DNA from: Eledone cirrhosa
Taxonomy: Eukaryota
Direction of reading: 5' to 3'
Length of the DNA stretch: 64,000 nt
Assembly (NCBI GenBank): GCA_964016885.1
Contig: OZ024740.1
Location: 337,528,001-337,592,000, forward strand
The notes under the pieces were generated by a model. The model did not search any database, was not told the DNA's origin, and worked only from the letters and a program-made list of their open reading frames with translations. Both the position numbers and the translations under genes were made by a program. Below are positions 38,481 through 51,810 of this stretch, piece after piece; positions within the stretch are counted from its first letter, which is position 1; each line of letters starts with the position of its first letter.

Positions 38481-39054
38481 TTTTACATCTGGTTTCTATG
38501 CTGGTATAGATTGGATATCTGTTCATATTTTCTTGATATCCAGGATATAACTGAGAATTAAGGAAAACTCCCTGGTGCAAATATAAGAGATTGTGTGATG
38601 GTGAATTTTAGCTATGTATTGTATAGCATCGTGATTATTGTATAAAAGTATTATTTGGGAGATCTGTGTTCAATTTCCACAGGGTACTGGATTTTCCCTT
38701 TCCTTCACATATTATTTGATTCTGCAATCAAGCTTAGCTTATACATCGAGATGTATTATTTTATTTAACCCATTTGTTACCAACTTCGCCAAAACTGGCT
38801 CTCGTTCTATGAAACATAACCATCTATTTTAAATTAAAATCTCCCAGCATGATAAGAATTATACGGTAAGTTGCTATCTTAGTAATGACATAATTAATAT
38901 GGTTTGAAAATCCCTGAACATTCTTAATTTTATTCATTGAAATAACATGCATTTTATTAGAAATATGATCACAAAAGGGTCAATATAATATTAATAATAT
39001 ACATGCACACACACACACATACATAATGATGATGATGATGATGTGTATAATAAT

Positions 39055-41530
39055 TTCAGACTGACCGTTTTTTAGAGAAACGGAAAATAATCTTTCACAG
39101 AATTCATTAATATTCTAAGTAAAAGACTAAAGTTTACACTGGCTCTTCAAAAATCAAATATACCAAAAATATAAGATGATATTTTGGACTATTTTTTAAA
39201 AAGGAAAGCAGCAATGAATCACTAATTAAAAACAAAAACGAATATCAGCTCTCAAAAGGTAGGAACGCAGCCCTTGATGAATTTTGTGAATACTTTTCAA
39301 ACTGTCCAGTTAACAGGCTGGAAATACCACAAAGTTCAACTTCACCAGACAAAAATGGAACTATCTAAATGATATAAAACTGGACAAAAAACAGTAGGCA
39401 CTGTTTTCATTAGGGGCACAAAACACTATACAAACATTGTATATGAAGTGATGAAACGACTCACTGATTTACTACGCTAAAACCGAAATTGTCTATCCAG
39501 AAAGAAATTAGGCTATGACACCAATTTTAGATGTAAAGCAAGTAATTTCTATGGATTACCTAAAATATACAAGAATACACTAATTAATGAGACATGCAAA
39601 ACGATGAAAAACAATTGTGTGAATATAAGTTCATTAATCAACATAAAACTAAGACCTATCATAGCAGGCCCAATTTATGAGACACATTGCTTAAGCAGAC
39701 ATCTTATTGACGTCCCTTCTCAAATGCATTCAGAGCTTCATGTGAGACGATCTAGACATATTCAACCATCTACCAAATAAGGTAAACCTAAACACTTACA
39801 TGGTTTTTAGTGGATGTTGTGAACGTATATAGTAACATTCTACAGAATCAAGGCTATTAAATACTGGCTAGTTTCATTCCCTTATTTGCTACCAGACCGT
39901 ATTGATAAACATTTCATCATAGTGTGTCTTCAATTTATCTTAGAAAACAATCACTTCATGTTAGACGAAACAGCCTACTGTTTCAAGAACAGCCATAGGA
40001 ATCAAGAACAGCCATAGGGACCAAGGTTGCACAAACATATACCAACTTAGTCAAGGGACACCATGAATTAAAAATCTATGAAAAAATTAGAAAATTGGAA
40101 AAGATACCTGGATGACTGTTTTATTTAGTGAGAGGAAAATCTTGAACTAAATAAATTTCAAACTCCCATCAACTGTAACATCCAAATTACTATGAACTTC
40201 AGTAACGAAAACTTCCATTTTTAGACATATTAATAACAAAAAGAAACAAAACTAGAAACTGACACATACCGACTCCTGACAACACTTCCTTTTTACACCT
40301 TCTCATCCAGCACAAACTCATACCAATATTTCATTTAACCTATCTGAGAAAATCTGCACAATAATTATAAACCAAACAACAAGAGGCAATGAACTAGAAG
40401 AGATGAAAAAAATACTCATCAAGAAAAAAATATCCTCAGAATTAAATCAATAATAGTATTCAAAAAGTAAAACAAATTATCCGAGTACTCTGAGAAACAA
40501 AAAACAAAAATAGTCATACCACATATTTCAACTTTTAATCCAGAAATCTTCACTCTCATACAACTAAACCTACCTATCCTAAAAAGAACTTCTTACAAAA
40601 ATACCCATGCCATAACATCCAGTCCTAAATAAATGAGGTCGTGTAGGTGTCACCACAAAAAAAAAAATACACAGTCCACGCTGTAATGTGGCCGTGTAGG
40701 TAACACGGTAAAAACCTCCCAGTCCACACTGTAAACGTGGTTGGTGTTAGGAAGGGCATCCAGCCATAGAAAACCTGCCAGACAGTCCTATACGAGCAAG
40801 ACAACCAATCCTGCCTCAAGTGGGACAATTCCCGTCTAAATCCATGCTAGTGTGGAAGATAGACGTTAAACGATGATGATGATGATGATGATGAAAGAGA
40901 CAGCCAAAGTCACTAAAAAGATGCTGCAAATGGAAATTAAATAGCCTAAAGTCAAAAGATACAACTGAGCTAACTGTTGGGTATGCAGCTATCAGAACGC
41001 CACGAATTTCACTTTAAAGAGGGTCCTATTTTCAACTGACTTCTAGTGCATCTCAAAGAATTTAATATATTTTATAAAATATAAATGTTGCCTTGAACAC
41101 ACTACATTGGTTAAACAGGCTTGACACTTTGGCAAAGGATGACAGTTCATTGTCAACATATTAGGGATCTGTACACAAGAAAGGTTCCTCTTAGCCAACA
41201 TATAGAGAATTATGGAGGACCAACTTTGCCTACTTTCGATGTTTTCCCATTCTATCAATGCAGCTACTCCACAATAGAGGAAAAACACGTCAGCAAGGAA
41301 AGATTTTTTTATAAGTAGATTTAAACCGAAACTCAATTCATTTTACACGGAATTTTTCATACTTAGTCAAACCAGAGTTATGTCCCTTATCATGGGTTGT
41401 ATTTTCTTCAACATAAGCGACAAAGATACAACCAGTTGTGTCTCTTGTTTTAACAAAAACATAAGCAACAAAAGAAAACAACACGTGTAAAATGTGATTT
41501 GAACATGGCGTGAAGCAGCATGTGAGATAT
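39055..41530 (+). mobile_element. Decayed Penelope-like element (Neptune-like; RT plus GIY-YIG)
   Basis: Broken frames with LRPIIAGP (~39649), DVVNVYSNI, TAIGTKVA, WKRYLDDCF (~40096), LPFLDILI, then CISKNLIY...YIG*TG...RMTVH...PLSQH...FPFY...FKPKLN (41048-41340). Confidence 0.85.
40605..40893 (+). mobile_element. RTE 3'UTR fragment nested in the PLE
   Basis: Matches the reverse complement of 51811-52110; (TGA)n tail. Confidence 0.85.
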
Positions 41531-41790
41531 ATATATATATGTAGATTCCTGAGCTGTGTTGGAAGTGTGTGTGTGTGTGTGTGTGTGTGGGGTGGGGGGG
41601 GGGACTAACCACAGTTAAAAAGGTACTCAATACATTGGTAAAGTAGGCATGTTTTAATGAAACAGTACTAGTCCTGTAGAAATCATTTCTATATATAATA
41701 ATAATAATAATATATATATATAAGTTTATCCCGGGTTCAATCGGGGTTAACCACAGTAAGTAAGGTACTCAATACATAGCAGAGTATAAA

Positions 41791-41917
41791 TATTTAATAT
41801 AGAAATGGCTTCTACAGGACTAGAACTGTTTCATTCGAGAGAAATCATCAGGAAACATGATGATTTCTCCTGAATGAAACAGTTCTAGTCCTGTAGAAGC
41901 CATTTTTATGTTAAATA
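41791..41917. mobile_element. Fold-back pLTR-like element with canonical hammerhead (41808-41856 -)
   Basis: GTTTC-CTGATGA-TTTCtctcGAAT-GAAAC-AGttctagtcCT-GTA-GAAGC. The + arm is truncated inside the core; partial copies lie at about 41650-41695 and 51533-51568. Confidence 0.82.
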
Positions 41918-42257
41918 TATATACATATATACCCAACACAAATCAAAGTAAAACTTTGAAAAGTTACTCAGTGAAATCTGTCACTGCAAAAAATACCGAA
42001 AACATATCTATATCTTAAAAAAAAAACTGTAATTTATTTTTGGGTGGGAATTAATTTCTTATTCATTATGTACTGTACACTTTGCATGTATATATTTAAA
42101 AAAAATATTAAGTACATCTTCAAATCTTTGTTATTGTTTTCAACTCTACACTTTAACATGTATTGAGTGTATATATATATAATCACTGATTAAAGAAATA
42201 TATGTATCAGTAAAGTGTACAAGTAACTCCAACTATGTCACTGTTTCTCTTCTAAAG

Positions 42258-42474
42258 CTACAATGTTCCTAGTGAATTGTTGAAGGAACAAGGGGCTGTG
42301 GTTCAAATTCTGGTATATGATTATGATAAACTGAAGCGTGATGATTTTGTTGGAGAAGCTGTGATCCCTTTATCGTCAATCCCACAGTTGAATGGAAATG
42401 CAATTGCCTTTGAGAGGACCCCTGGTACAATCCTCCCATTGAAGAGGCCTTCTATGACAGAAGGACCTTTAAAA
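42258..42474 (+). CDS. BAIAP3: Exon of BAIAP3/UNC13D-like gene (C2B C-terminal half)
   Basis: ttctcttctaaag acceptor and gtgagt donor. Translates (F)YNVPSELLKEQGAVVQILVYDYDKLKRDDFVGEAVIPLSSIPQLNGNAIAFERTPGTILPLKRPSMTEGPLK, with the C2 DYD..DDF.GE motif. Phase 2/0. Confidence 0.92.
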
Positions 42475-43879
42475 GTGAGTAATTTTATGTAAAAATATAC
42501 AATTTAATGTAAACAACATTTAGTAAACTTACAAAGCATTGAGAAATTTGAAATGGAGAAATATAGTCACTACAAGTAACTATAATCCTGTATGTTAACT
42601 ATAATCCTGTATGTTAACTATAAATGATATTTGAATAAACTATATGACAGATATAAATGATATTTGAATAAGTTGGATGATAACTATATACAATATTTGA
42701 ATAAGTTGAGTAAAATACACCTGGTGATGAAAAAATGTGGACATTTATGTCAGGTAAGCATATTTAACAATTATTCAAAAGGGCCCTTGGCCATAAATTA
42801 CCAACATTTTGGAAATTTAAACATGAAACTAAAAGTGTAAACAAATTATGAAGCATTGGGAAATTTGTAATTTGAAAATATATTTGCCACAATGCAGATA
42901 ATTGCAATATTAGTTGATTTAGTGTTGTCATGGTGAAACTTTAATTATCTGTCATTTATTCACATGGTCACAATGTACTCAGTACAATGATCTATATTAC
43001 ACTACACTACCTAATTACATCTATTTGTTTCATTTTTTTATCTTGAAAGAGAAGTAGATTTTGTCTCTAAAGGGTTAAAACTTCTTTTAATTTATTCACC
43101 ATTCCAGAGGTTAAGTGCTATAGAGTTTAGTTGTTGCTTGGCTTGTATTGTATTTCTACAGAAAGAAAGGAAATTTACTAGTTTCATGATTGATAACACT
43201 ACCATCTCATGTCCTTGGTAAAACATTAGATGGATGCTGGCTTATTGTCCCAGTTGACAGAATTGCAAATATGTTATTGTTATCCAAGAAGATAGCAAGG
43301 AATATGAGTTAAGAGTCAGTTGAATTCATGGGGCTTGTTCTAGTGAATGGCCATATCCATCGCAATTGCACTGAGTAGAGTGGTAATTAAAAGACCTAAG
43401 TCTACAAATGATTTCGCCACAATGTGTTCGACAATAAATCTATCAGAGCGTGGCTGGTTTTTTGACAGTTTGCAATCTTTACCTTGTCTGAAGATGAATT
43501 CCTCATTTTCAATAGTTTCTTTATACACAACACACTTTCTGATGATGACAAACTTTCATTTATTTTCAACTAGGTACTTCAAGAACGATCTCAGAAAGAT
43601 CAAACTGCCAAACAATTTTTTACAGAAAGATTACAACTCATCAATAATCAAAGAAAACGAACAGATAGAATCCCAAAATATAAGGCTCTGAAATTCTTGT
43701 TAGAGTTTTAAAATTCAATGTTATTTGAACAAACATGGTTTGAATTTCAAACCATACTAATTAAGAAAAAATAAATTATTTGTACTTTTTTAAAACTTTG
43801 TCAGTATTTTCTTTAAACTATGCAAGAACTAAAGAAACTGCCATGGATTTTATGTAAGTGAATATATATATATATGTGT

Positions 43880-45160
43880 GTATATGGAATTCTGTGAAAC
43901 TAGCCAGCCACCTGATCAAATACCAATCAGGCAAACACATATGCCAGATTGATTTCTTACTTGCAAGATAAATGGACTGTAATAAATACTAAGGCTTTCC
44001 CTGGGGAAGAATGTGCTGCCCAACACAAATTAGTTATTAGTGACATCAGAATAAACACAAAACAGAACAAGATATGTGAAAAAACACGGAAACGGAGGGT
44101 TTGGAAGCTAAAGGACCTTTTGGTTAAATCTAGGTTTAGAAAGGCCCTACAGGATGTATTTGATCAGAGGGGTGATGAGCTAGATACATATAATGTAATG
44201 AACAACTGATGAGACATGTGACTGAAGTAAAGAACCAGCCAGACAGAGGGTGACCTGGTGGTGGAACAGCAGAGTGGATAGAGCCATTAAAGCCAAGAGA
44301 CAGGCATGGAAAGACTGGAAAATGGTGGTAGCAGAGACCAGTACCAGGTAGCTAAGACAGCACAGGAGTTTAAGATAGGCTGTTCATGGGAACTTCTCTT
44401 CTGCAGATGATCTGGTCCTTATAGATGGACCCATAAAAGAACTAGAGAATGGAAACAAAATTTGGAATCAAAAGGTCTGTGAGTAAACTTAGCCAAACCT
44501 AACAGGAAGGGAATACTTCAAATTTAGAAGATGCACAAGGGTAATGGATAGGAAGAGCATTAGTAATATAAACCTTTTCCAATCATAGGAAGGCTCCATA
44601 CAAATGGTTGATAGCTTCTGCTATCTATGTGACTTAATTAGCAGTTTAGAGAGCTACCCCCACTGTTGACCACAAAAGGTTTCTCACTATGTACAAAGGG
44701 ATAACTGTATGATGCCTGTGTGTAAAGTGTGATGCTGCATAGTAGTAAAACATGGGCAGTGACTGTAGATAACATGCGTAGACTGGAGAGAAATGAAGCA
44801 ACCATGCTTCGTTGGATATGCAATGTAAGTGTGAGAGAAAGCAGAGCTTGGATGAACTAAGAGAGAAACTAGGTTTAAGAGGCACCGAAGTTGTGTGCAA
44901 AAGAGAAGACTGTGTTGGTACGGACTTGTGATGTGCATGGATGATGATTGCTGGGTGAAGAAGTGCCAGGAAATCCCAGTGGAAGGAAGCTGCAGTAGAG
45001 GTAGAAAGACCTGGGCAGAGGTGGTGAGAGCTGATCTTAAATTGTTGACACTCACAGAGGAAATAACAAAGGAATAATGAAGAGATACTGTGTTGAGAAG
45101 GACCCACTTAACCCATGTAAGCATGGAAAGATGAATGTAAAAACTATGATGATGATATGT
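43880..45160 (+). mobile_element. Old, internally deleted RTE LINE
   Basis: KAFPGEECAAQHKLVISD (end of APE), TWWWN, GCSWELL, WVKKCQEIPVEG; (TGA)n tail. Confidence 0.85.
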
Positions 45161-45204
45161 ATGTGTGTTTGTGTAGATTTATGTATGTATGAATGATGTA
45201 TATA

Positions 45205-45542
45205 CACATGTATCACACAGCACTATTATGTTACACTGTACCACCACAAACTTCTCTGTTACTCTGTATCAGGAAACACAATACTCCTCTGTTACACAGA
45301 ACCACAACACACAGAACTATTATGTTACACTGTATCACCACATACATGGCTATTATGTTACTCTATTACCACATACTTCTCTGTTACTGAGTATCACAAC
45401 ACACAACACTTCTCTGTTACACTGTATCACCACATACAGCACTATTATGTTACATTGTACCACACACAAGGCTATTATGTTACACTATATTACTACACAC
45501 TACTCTGTATCACTACATACTACACTACTCTGTTACACTGAA
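45205..45542. repeat. Minisatellite with ~29-30-bp unit
   Basis: Variants of ctattatgttacactgtatcaccacatac and cttctctgttac. Confidence 0.8.
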
Positions 45543-46527
45543 CACAGTAAAGAAATATTATGTGTCATTAACTAAAACACTTTGTCAAGATGTTAAGTGA
45601 CTGCTGTTACCATGGATAAATGTTGATCATTGTTCTGTGATACTGTGAAGTAAAAAGTGATGTCATCATCTCCTTCGTTGTCATTGGTTACCTTAGAGAT
45701 GTTTGATAGATAGCAGATGGTGAGATAAAACAGTAGACCTGTGTGATATCTACACTGAACTGTTACAGAACATTCACATAACAATCTATACAGATACCCG
45801 TACACATAATTGTACATATATGCACACTTGTAAGCACATACATACATGCAGACCTGTACAATAACACATTCATAAAATCAGATGCATTTGTACATGCACA
45901 CTTGTATATGTACACACATACACGCGCACTGACTTGTACACACATCATCATCACCACGATCATAATCGTTACTGTTTAACATTCATGTTTCATGCTAGCA
46001 TGAGTTAGACATATTATCACATTCTGAGGGCCAGACATGTCAGGTGACCACATCTTGCTCATAGGTTGACATGTTTTCTGTGGTTGGATGTCTTTCTTAA
46101 TGCTAATCATTTCACAGCATGTACTGGGTGCTTTTTATCATGGCACCAGCACTAACCATTTATAGAGTGAACTAGGTGCTTTCTATTGTGGCTTCAGCAC
46201 TATCACCTCAGAAAGTGGACTGTAGTGTATTCTATCATGACATCAATTCATTCATAAAAAAACACAGACATGAATTTTCTACATATGCACACACTTAAAC
46301 ACACATTTGATGACACATGTTACCGGTTGCACTGAAGAGGAACATCTTGTAAACGAGGTGTAGTCCTTTGGCTCGCCTGAGAGGAAAGTAAGTGATAAGT
46401 GGGATTGAAGCCTCGGCCAATCTTTGAGAGGTCAGAGGCTTTGCTTAAGTGCTGACTTTGTCTGTGACAGCCTGTTTAACCCTTGTTAGCAGGAAAACAG
46501 CATGTTAAATGATGTTGATGATCATGG

Positions 46528-46566
<39 letters not shown>

Positions 46567-47364
46567 TCAATTCGTTTGTAAACAAACGGCCTGCTTTGAA
46601 GCTGTGCTGTGCTGGTGACCAATCGTCACCTGTTTGATATATATATATGTGTATATATATATATATACACATATATATAAACATACACTTGTGCATATAT
46701 TTGTAAATCTGTGTAGATTAACGCGCATACACAGATTTACAATTATACACATGTACACATAGAGTATTATGCATACACTCACACAGAAGCAATCCCCACT
46801 ATATATATACACACACATACACACACACATATATATATATATATATACTCTCTTGTACACCTTAAAAAAGACACATATACTCAGAATTACAATTATACAC
46901 ATGCATAGGGAAACTATTATGTATGCAGACACACTTGTAGGCCTTAATATATTTCAGTACATAGATGCAATGCCATGGGCCACCTAATACTTCATTAAGT
47001 TGTAGGGAACACTATTGTGACATATGGCATATCTTAGCATTTAATCCTGGCAGAGGCCACCATTCTTCATGTTTTAATAAAGAAATATATAGAGAGGTAC
47101 TTGAAAATGATATAGAGTCAACGGTTACTTTATTTATTGACCTCAAATGGATGAAAGGTAAAGTTGATCTTAGTGGGTTTGGAAACAAATATTGTGGAGG
47201 ATTCTATCAAATATTCTATCACCACCTTAATACACATGCACTTGTACATCATTAAATAGACTAGTACACATAAATAGTTAGACATATATACAATTGTACA
47301 TACATATACATAGACTATTATAGACACACACACTCCTTGACAGACTAGTACTCAGGCTTAAAAT

Positions 47365-47520
47365 TGTACATACACATTACATACATACACAATGTATACA
47401 TACACATTACATACATACACAATGCATACATACACATTACATACATACACAATGCATACATACACATTAAATACATTACATACATACACTATACATACAT
47501 ACACATTACATACACACACA
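47365..47520. repeat. 30-bp tandem repeat (catacacattacatacatacacaatgcata)
   Basis: Seen directly. Confidence 0.8.
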
Positions 47521-47614
47521 CACACTCTTCAACATAGACTGGTACACATATTCACTTAGACATACACACAATTGTATATATACACACAATTGTATATATA
47601 CACACAACAAGCTG

Positions 47615-49175
47615 ATCAAAAGAAGGTAGTGTAGGGCTCTATCAGAACATCTTACTAATTACTAAAAGGATACAAGAACAAATTGTACAGAACTGCAGGA
47701 ACTTGGCTGTAGTATGGCTTGACTACCAGAAAACATTTGGTAGTATACCACATAGGTGAATTATCAAAGTATCACAATACCTCGAATCTAGAAACATCTC
47801 TCACTGTTTCTTTGTAGATTGTTTCTTTGAAGTTGTAAGGGAAAAGTGTTAACCACATCACAAAGCAATTGGATCTCATTACCTAATACTTATCAGACAT
47901 TGAAATAAAATTTAGTGAGTCTAAATGTACATTTTTAGTGGTAAAACAAGGAAAACCTGTGACCTAGTAAAAGATAAAACATAAATATGACTAACCTGAT
48001 AATACAACCAATACAACCAGCTGGGAACTACAAGTATCTTGGTCAATACAATTTGCTAACTTGCTTCTGTCTTTCACAACACATCTCTTTATTAAACATG
48101 CAAGACTTTCACAGAGACTGACTAGAGGTAGTGGGGTCAGATTTTAAACAGATTCTTTGTTTTATATCATCAGTTAACAAAGATAATTATCTATGACAAA
48201 CTGAGCGTGGTGGATTGGCAGAATTATTAGAGAGCCAGATTGGTTTGTTCTTTTGCCACTTCAGTAGGGCCTGCACTGTGTTGATTCACCATGTAACAGG
48301 TGTTTTGGGTGCCCCTAGAGATGGTTGGAATCAGTTTTATTGGTATTTGTGGGTAGCACAAGTTATTAATACTCTATATCCTTTTGAAAATGAAATATCA
48401 TAGTGATAAATAATTTCACAATTTATCACAATGCCCACCCCTTCCACCTCCACACACACTGTACACCTCATCTTTGTAAACAATTACTTGTAGACTTGGT
48501 AGACAATATTGTCTTTCACTCTTTCAGGTTTAGATTTAATGCACAGTAGTGGAAGTTAGCTGCCCAGCAGATACCAATATAATATCATAGATTACCGAAA
48601 AGGAGAATATTTATGCAGAACTAACAAGAAATCTGCAGATACTCGACCCTGATTATACCTTCAGATTTATGCCTGTGATTATTGGGGCACCGGGATATGT
48701 TAGTAACTGCTTCAATACAAATTTTGAGAAGCTAGGCTTCACAGGAACAGAAAGAACACAACTAGTTAGGAAATTACATGTTCTTCTGGTTTTATAATTT
48801 CACAGATTTTTACCAATAGAGAGAGAGTCGGTTTCTAACATAGACACAAGACTCTCTCATTGGAATTTACACAACATCAACTAGGTAGATATGTATACAT
48901 GTCTGTATGCATGCATGTGTAGGTATGGATGTTATTGTATGTGGATGTGGATGTTTTGAGTTGTATGTGTGTATGTGTGCATGTGTATATGCTTTGTATC
49001 CCTACAAGTGTAATGCAGTTATTAGATGCAAAATTTTTGGAATGTTTTACATATTTTTACTGTTCCATTAATGAGAGAGTCTTGTGTCTATGTTAGAAAC
49101 CGACTCTCTCTCTATTGGTAAAAATCTGTGAAATTATAAAACCAGAAGAACATACATGAATGAATGAATGAATGA
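47615..49175 (+). mobile_element. R4/Dong-like RLE non-LTR retrotransposon remnants with duplicated inverted 3'UTR
   Basis: RT fragment RNLAVVWLDYQKTFGSIPH and NYKYLGQ; RLE fragment CTVVEVSCPADTNI...EKENIYAEL...PVIIGAPG (48540-48778); inverted repeat 48778-48865/49063-49153; (TGAA)n end. Confidence 0.72.
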
Positions 49176-51583
49176 GGATGGCTCCAACTCAATTTCAAGT
49201 AATGCCATCGCTTGATACTTAAGCTTGGATGTGGCTTTTTAGTCCTGCTAGGGACTTACCTATGGCCAGCAATACCATACATCACAAAAAAATGTTACAT
49301 ATCAAGCAATGTCTGTGCTTGAAGCTTTATTAAGTGAGGAAAGGCTTTGCATGGGGTCAATCCCAATCCCACTCTCTGAACATTAGCCCCAAAAGAAGAA
49401 CTGGTCTACATCATTGGATGCAAATGAAGTTGCAGGTTTTATATCAGAGTGACCTTTTCCTAGAGAGATGTTTTAATGAAGACTAGGAGTTTCTCGCTCC
49501 ACAAAAAATAAAATAAAATAAAATAAAAAAAAAAACTTTATTGAATGGCCGTTGACTCTCCTGAGTTTCTCCGCCCTTTGACGGGTTTAGTTTTTCATCC
49601 CGCAGGGTGCTCAAAATCAACCTCCTCACCAAGTAAGCTTGGCGGGTTGCCAGTTTAGTCGCCAATGACCCAACCATGCACAAGTTGTACTGGTTACATG
49701 TTACCAGTAGTGCTGGAGAGTGACTTGACATACATACACGCAAATGCTGAAGGCACATGGCCTGATAGTTATGGTATTTGTCTCATGAGCATAATCAAAT
49801 GGGTTCAATCCCTGGGCTGGATGGCATGTAGTGTCCTTAAGGAAGGTACTTCATTCATTTCACTTTATTCCAGTTAATGCAGCTGAAAAAATGAGTACCA
49901 GCAGTGATGAAGTGGCATATTGTCTAATATTCTTATACTCTTAGTTTCTTAAACTACATAAAACCAGGATAAGCTCTGTCTTGACGAGTCTCTAGGATTG
50001 AGAATGATTCTAATGGATGATCTCAGTTAATTTAAAATCTTCAACTCACTATATGACATATGTAAGACTTTGTAATATTTGAGGTTGTATAATGACTATT
50101 TAGTTCATTAATAGTAAAAGTATATAACTTAGTAGTTAAGGTGTGGAGCTCATGATCATAAGGTTTAGGTTTTGATTTTCAGATTAGGTGATGCATTGTA
50201 TCCTTGAGCAAGGCACTTCATTTCCTGTTGTTCTGTTTTGTCAGCAATGTCACTGGTGTAAAGTGTATTTATTGACAGACAATGTATTTATAATGGTGCT
50301 TGTTTTTGTTATCATTCAACTTACTCTCTAGTTCTTCCATGGATTCAGTTATAATCACCATATAGAAGTTTCTATAGATAGCCATCTGTTATGGCCTGAA
50401 GAACTATAATAAACAAAAGTGGACTGAGGATCAAGCCCTGGAATGAAAACAGCTGAGATATGTGTATGTATGTGTGTGTATTGGTGTCACATGTACATTT
50501 TGCATGTGTGTGTATGTGTGTGAAAAACCGCTTTTCTTTTAAACATGTTACATATATATATACATATATAATATATATCTTTATTATGTATAGAAATGAT
50601 TTGCCTTTCCTTTTGATATAGTCAGTGGCATGGAGAAAGAAAACTTGCATGGGCAATTACTGATTTTCCACAAAACACCATTCTTAGAGAAGAAATTTGC
50701 ATGTTCAAATCCATGGTCAGTTATAACCAAAAGAAGTCATTTTTAAAAAGTTTACTCATAAAGAAAATCATTGACTGTCTTCATAGAATATTAAATGTGT
50801 TGGATTGATTTAGATAAGGAGTATTTCAGTTGTTTGAATGAAAGAACAGCCTGTTGGTGAAATTAATGTGGCTGAGTATTCTACAGACTTGAGCACCCTT
50901 AATAGCACCCTTAATAGTTCTCAGGTAAATATAGTAACAGTGTGTGACAAAGCTGACCCTTTGAATTACAAGTACAACTCATTTTTGCCAGCTGGGAGAA
51001 CTGGAGTGAAATGAAATAAAGTGTCATGCTGAAGCATTAGGAATTAAACTCAAGACTTTACAATTGCAAGTTGAACACCCTAACTATTAAGCCACACATT
51101 TTCACACATTATTATCTCAAAATATTCTGTAATTGAGTAACATTGGTTGGATGAAATCTAACAATAATTAGCCTCAAGTTTCATTGCTTTGAGAAAGAAA
51201 TCTTACTTTTAAAACAGCAAAGAAAATGATGATAATGGTGTGGGTAGGTGGTGTTTGTGGTTATGGTAATGATGATGGTGATGATAATTGTCATGGTGAT
51301 GTTGATGATAATATTGATAGTGATAATGATGAATGTTAACAAAAACAAACACCAGTATAGATACATCATCTGTCAATAAATATTTATTACCTGAAATGAA
51401 AACAGCTGAGATATGTGTATGTATGTGTATGTATCTCTGTGTCACGTGTGTTTTGCATATGTATGAAAAAGAGCTTTTCTTTTAAACATGTTACATATAT
51501 ATACATATCTAATATATATCTTTATTATGTATATAGAAATGATTTCTACAGGATTAGAACTGTTTCATATATATATATATGTG

Positions 51584-51645
<62 letters not shown>

Positions 51646-51663
51646 TATATGTATATATATATG

Positions 51664-51712
<49 letters not shown>

Positions 51713-51810
51713 GTATATATATATATATGTATATATATATATGTGGTGCCCCAGCATGGCCTCAGCCGGATGGCTGAAACAGGTAAAAGATATATATATA
51801 TAAATATATA

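Noticed and set aside
43340-43691. ORFs including LLITTLLSAIAMDMAIH, superficially like GPCR TM3
   Set aside because: No DRY motif, stops on both sides and no other TM segments or splice support; identity unresolved.
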